NCBI RefSeq assembly: GCF_964213995.1
Contig: NC_135829.1
Location: 3,286,001 to 3,350,000 of the forward strand
DNA: 64,000 nt
Source: Mustelus asterias
Taxonomy: Eukaryota
Direction of reading: 5' to 3'
This document shows positions 61,796-64,000 of the stretch, in pieces. The notes below the pieces were generated by a model. It was not told the origin of the DNA. It did not search any database and saw only the letters and a program-made list of their open reading frames with translations. How positions within the stretch are numbered: the stretch's first letter is position 1; each line of letters begins with the position of its first letter. The position numbers and the translations under genes were made by a program.

Positions 61796-64000
61796 AATCG
61801 TGTACTAGATCACACACACAATAGATTTGTGCCTGTTTAAGCTCTTGCTCACCTCAGTACCAACTCAAATAATTTTCAAGTGTAGAAGTATGCTGCCAAT
61901 CCAACAAGCAGCACTTGTAGCATTAATATGAAACAATAGATGTAGAATTATTGTCCACTGAGGGGAATGCGTGTTTCTAAAAGCACTTGTTTGTATTGGG
62001 AATGGCAGTCAGCATTGGCATTGAAGTTATTTAAAGCTAGAACCAGGGTAAGGCACAGTTATATCAGTGTGCATCAGTTTGGAGCAATTAATATTGCAAA
62101 TTGGGAAAAGATTTACAAATATGTAGAATGCATTAGATTATAAAATTGCCCCTTAGCATCAGGGGGATTAGCAGGGTAAATACATGGGGTTACAGTGTTG
62201 GGGCCTGGGTGGGATTGTTGTCGGTGCAGGCTCGATGGGCCAAATGGCCTCCTTCTGCGCTGTAGGGATTCTATGAGCACCGAAATTCCTCTGTACTTCA
62301 TTCACCTGCAGTCTCTCTCCATTTAGATAATAAGCTGCCTTTTGATTCTTCCTTCTGAAGTGCATGACCTCACACTCCCCATGTTAATCCCCATTTGCCA
62401 CGTTGTCGCCCAGTCACCCAATCTACCTATTTCCTATTGCAGAATCACAATATCCTCCTCACAACGTGTCCTTCCACCTATCTTCATATCAGCGGCAAAT
62501 TTGGAAACCTTACATTCTGTTCCTTCCTCCAAGGCATTAACGTGAATAGTAAAGCAAATAGTAAAATAAATACTGAATAGTAAACATTGAAGCAAAGCGG
62601 GATTACACTATTACAGCAGAACCATGGGGCGAATATCGTAATATACCCGAATATAATTATTTTTAAGTTAAACTTTCTAAGTCTTGAATTTGCCTCAGAA
62701 TAGTGGAATTCATTACCACAGGAAGTAGTTGATGCCAAAACATTGAATGTATTCAAGAGGCGGCTGGATATAGCACTTGGGGCGAATGGGATCAAAGGTT
62801 ATGGGGAGAGAGCAGGATTAGGCTATTGAGTTGGACGATCAGCCACAATGGTGATGAATGGCGGAGCAGCCTCGAAGGGACGAATGGCCTCCTCCTGCTA
62901 CCTTCTTCCATGTTTCTATGATATGAAGGGATTCCCACGTTCTCCTCCACTACTGTCCCAGTTTAGTGGCATCATGTGTGGAAAAATTGAAGTCAGCTGG
63001 TTTTCCTTTTCCAGCACATATCCTCACTTTCTGCCTCTTTACAACAGAAAACTTTACACAAAGAATGAGCAACAGCGGCAAATTTGGTGCGCTTCAAGAA
63101 CATAAGAATTTTGAGAATGTAAGAAACAGGAGGAGTGGGCTATACGGCCCCTCACGTCTGTCCCACTATTCAACAAGACAATGGTTGATCTGATCTTCAA
63201 ATCCACTTTCCAGCCTGTTCCCCACAATCCTCAATTCCCCCCAAGTTCAAGAATTGAAATCTATTCAAGGTTGATATAGACAATGACTCCACAGGCCTGT
63301 AAATACAGTAAACATTCACAACCCTCAAAAAAAAAACCTCCTCAACTCTACCTTAAATGGGTGATCCCTCATTCTGAAACTATGCTCCTTAGAGATTCGC
63401 CCATAAAAGAAATACCCTCTCAGCACCTCATATTCTTCTAAACTCCAATGAGTATAGGCTCAACTTTTCCTCATAAGACCATCTAGTCATCCTGTGAATC
63501 AACCCACTGAACGTTCTCTGAACTGCTTCCAACCTAAGTATATTCCTCCTCAAATAGAGACCAAAACTGTACACAGTATATCAGGTGCAGTCTTACCAAT
63601 GTCCTGCACAGTTGTAGCAACACTTTCCTACTTTTATATTCCACCCCCTTGTAATCAAGGTCACATTCCATTTGCCTTCCAAATTACTTCCTGTGCCTGC
63701 ATAATAACTTTGAGATTTATGGACACCCAGATTCCTCTATATTGCGGCATTCTATAGTTTCTCTCCATTTAAAGAGTGTTCTGCTTTTCTATTCTAAATG
63801 CTGAACGACCTCACATTTTCCGACATTATATCCCATCTGCCAATTTTTTGCCCACTCACAACCGATCTTTCACAGACTCTTGGTATACTCCTCACAAATT
63901 GCTTTTCACCTACTTTTGGATCATCAGCAAATTTGGCTGCAAAAACTCAGTCTCTTTATGATATAGATTTTAAATAGTTGAGGCCCCAGTACCCCACCAA

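Overview
Eukaryotic genomic DNA, almost certainly from a shark or other elasmobranch, judged from HE1-type V-SINEs, SacSINE1/DeuSINE-like elements and HER1/CR1-like LINEs. The window lies inside one large minus-strand gene, unconventional myosin IXa (MYO9A). Nine GT-AG exons (57654-57560, 49943-49881, 44863-44764, 41438-41382, 34878-34778, 32893-32767, 30972-30883, 19068-18952, 17134-17000) splice in phase into 885 nt / 295 codons of motor domain, from switch I (NNNSSRFG) to switch II (DIFGFE) and the relay helix. The gene start and end lie outside the window. Introns are dominated by retroelements: several CR1/L2 LINE families, at least three tRNA-SINE types, two Penelope-like families, a Vingi-like fragment and a TIR-bearing MITE. 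Most ORFs in the supplied track are repeat fragments or noise. The most unusual observations are: (1) a ~250-bp highly structured element headed by the 5' end of U2 snRNA (23129-23385, minus strand); (2) Penelope-derived minimal hammerhead ribozymes, one fully intact on the MYO9A sense strand (59775-59811), plus fold-back hairpin insertions with TSDs; (3) a 242-bp microhomology-flanked templated copy of nearby DNA patched into a young LINE. Repeat boundaries are approximate. Family names come from recognition of the sequence, not from a database search.
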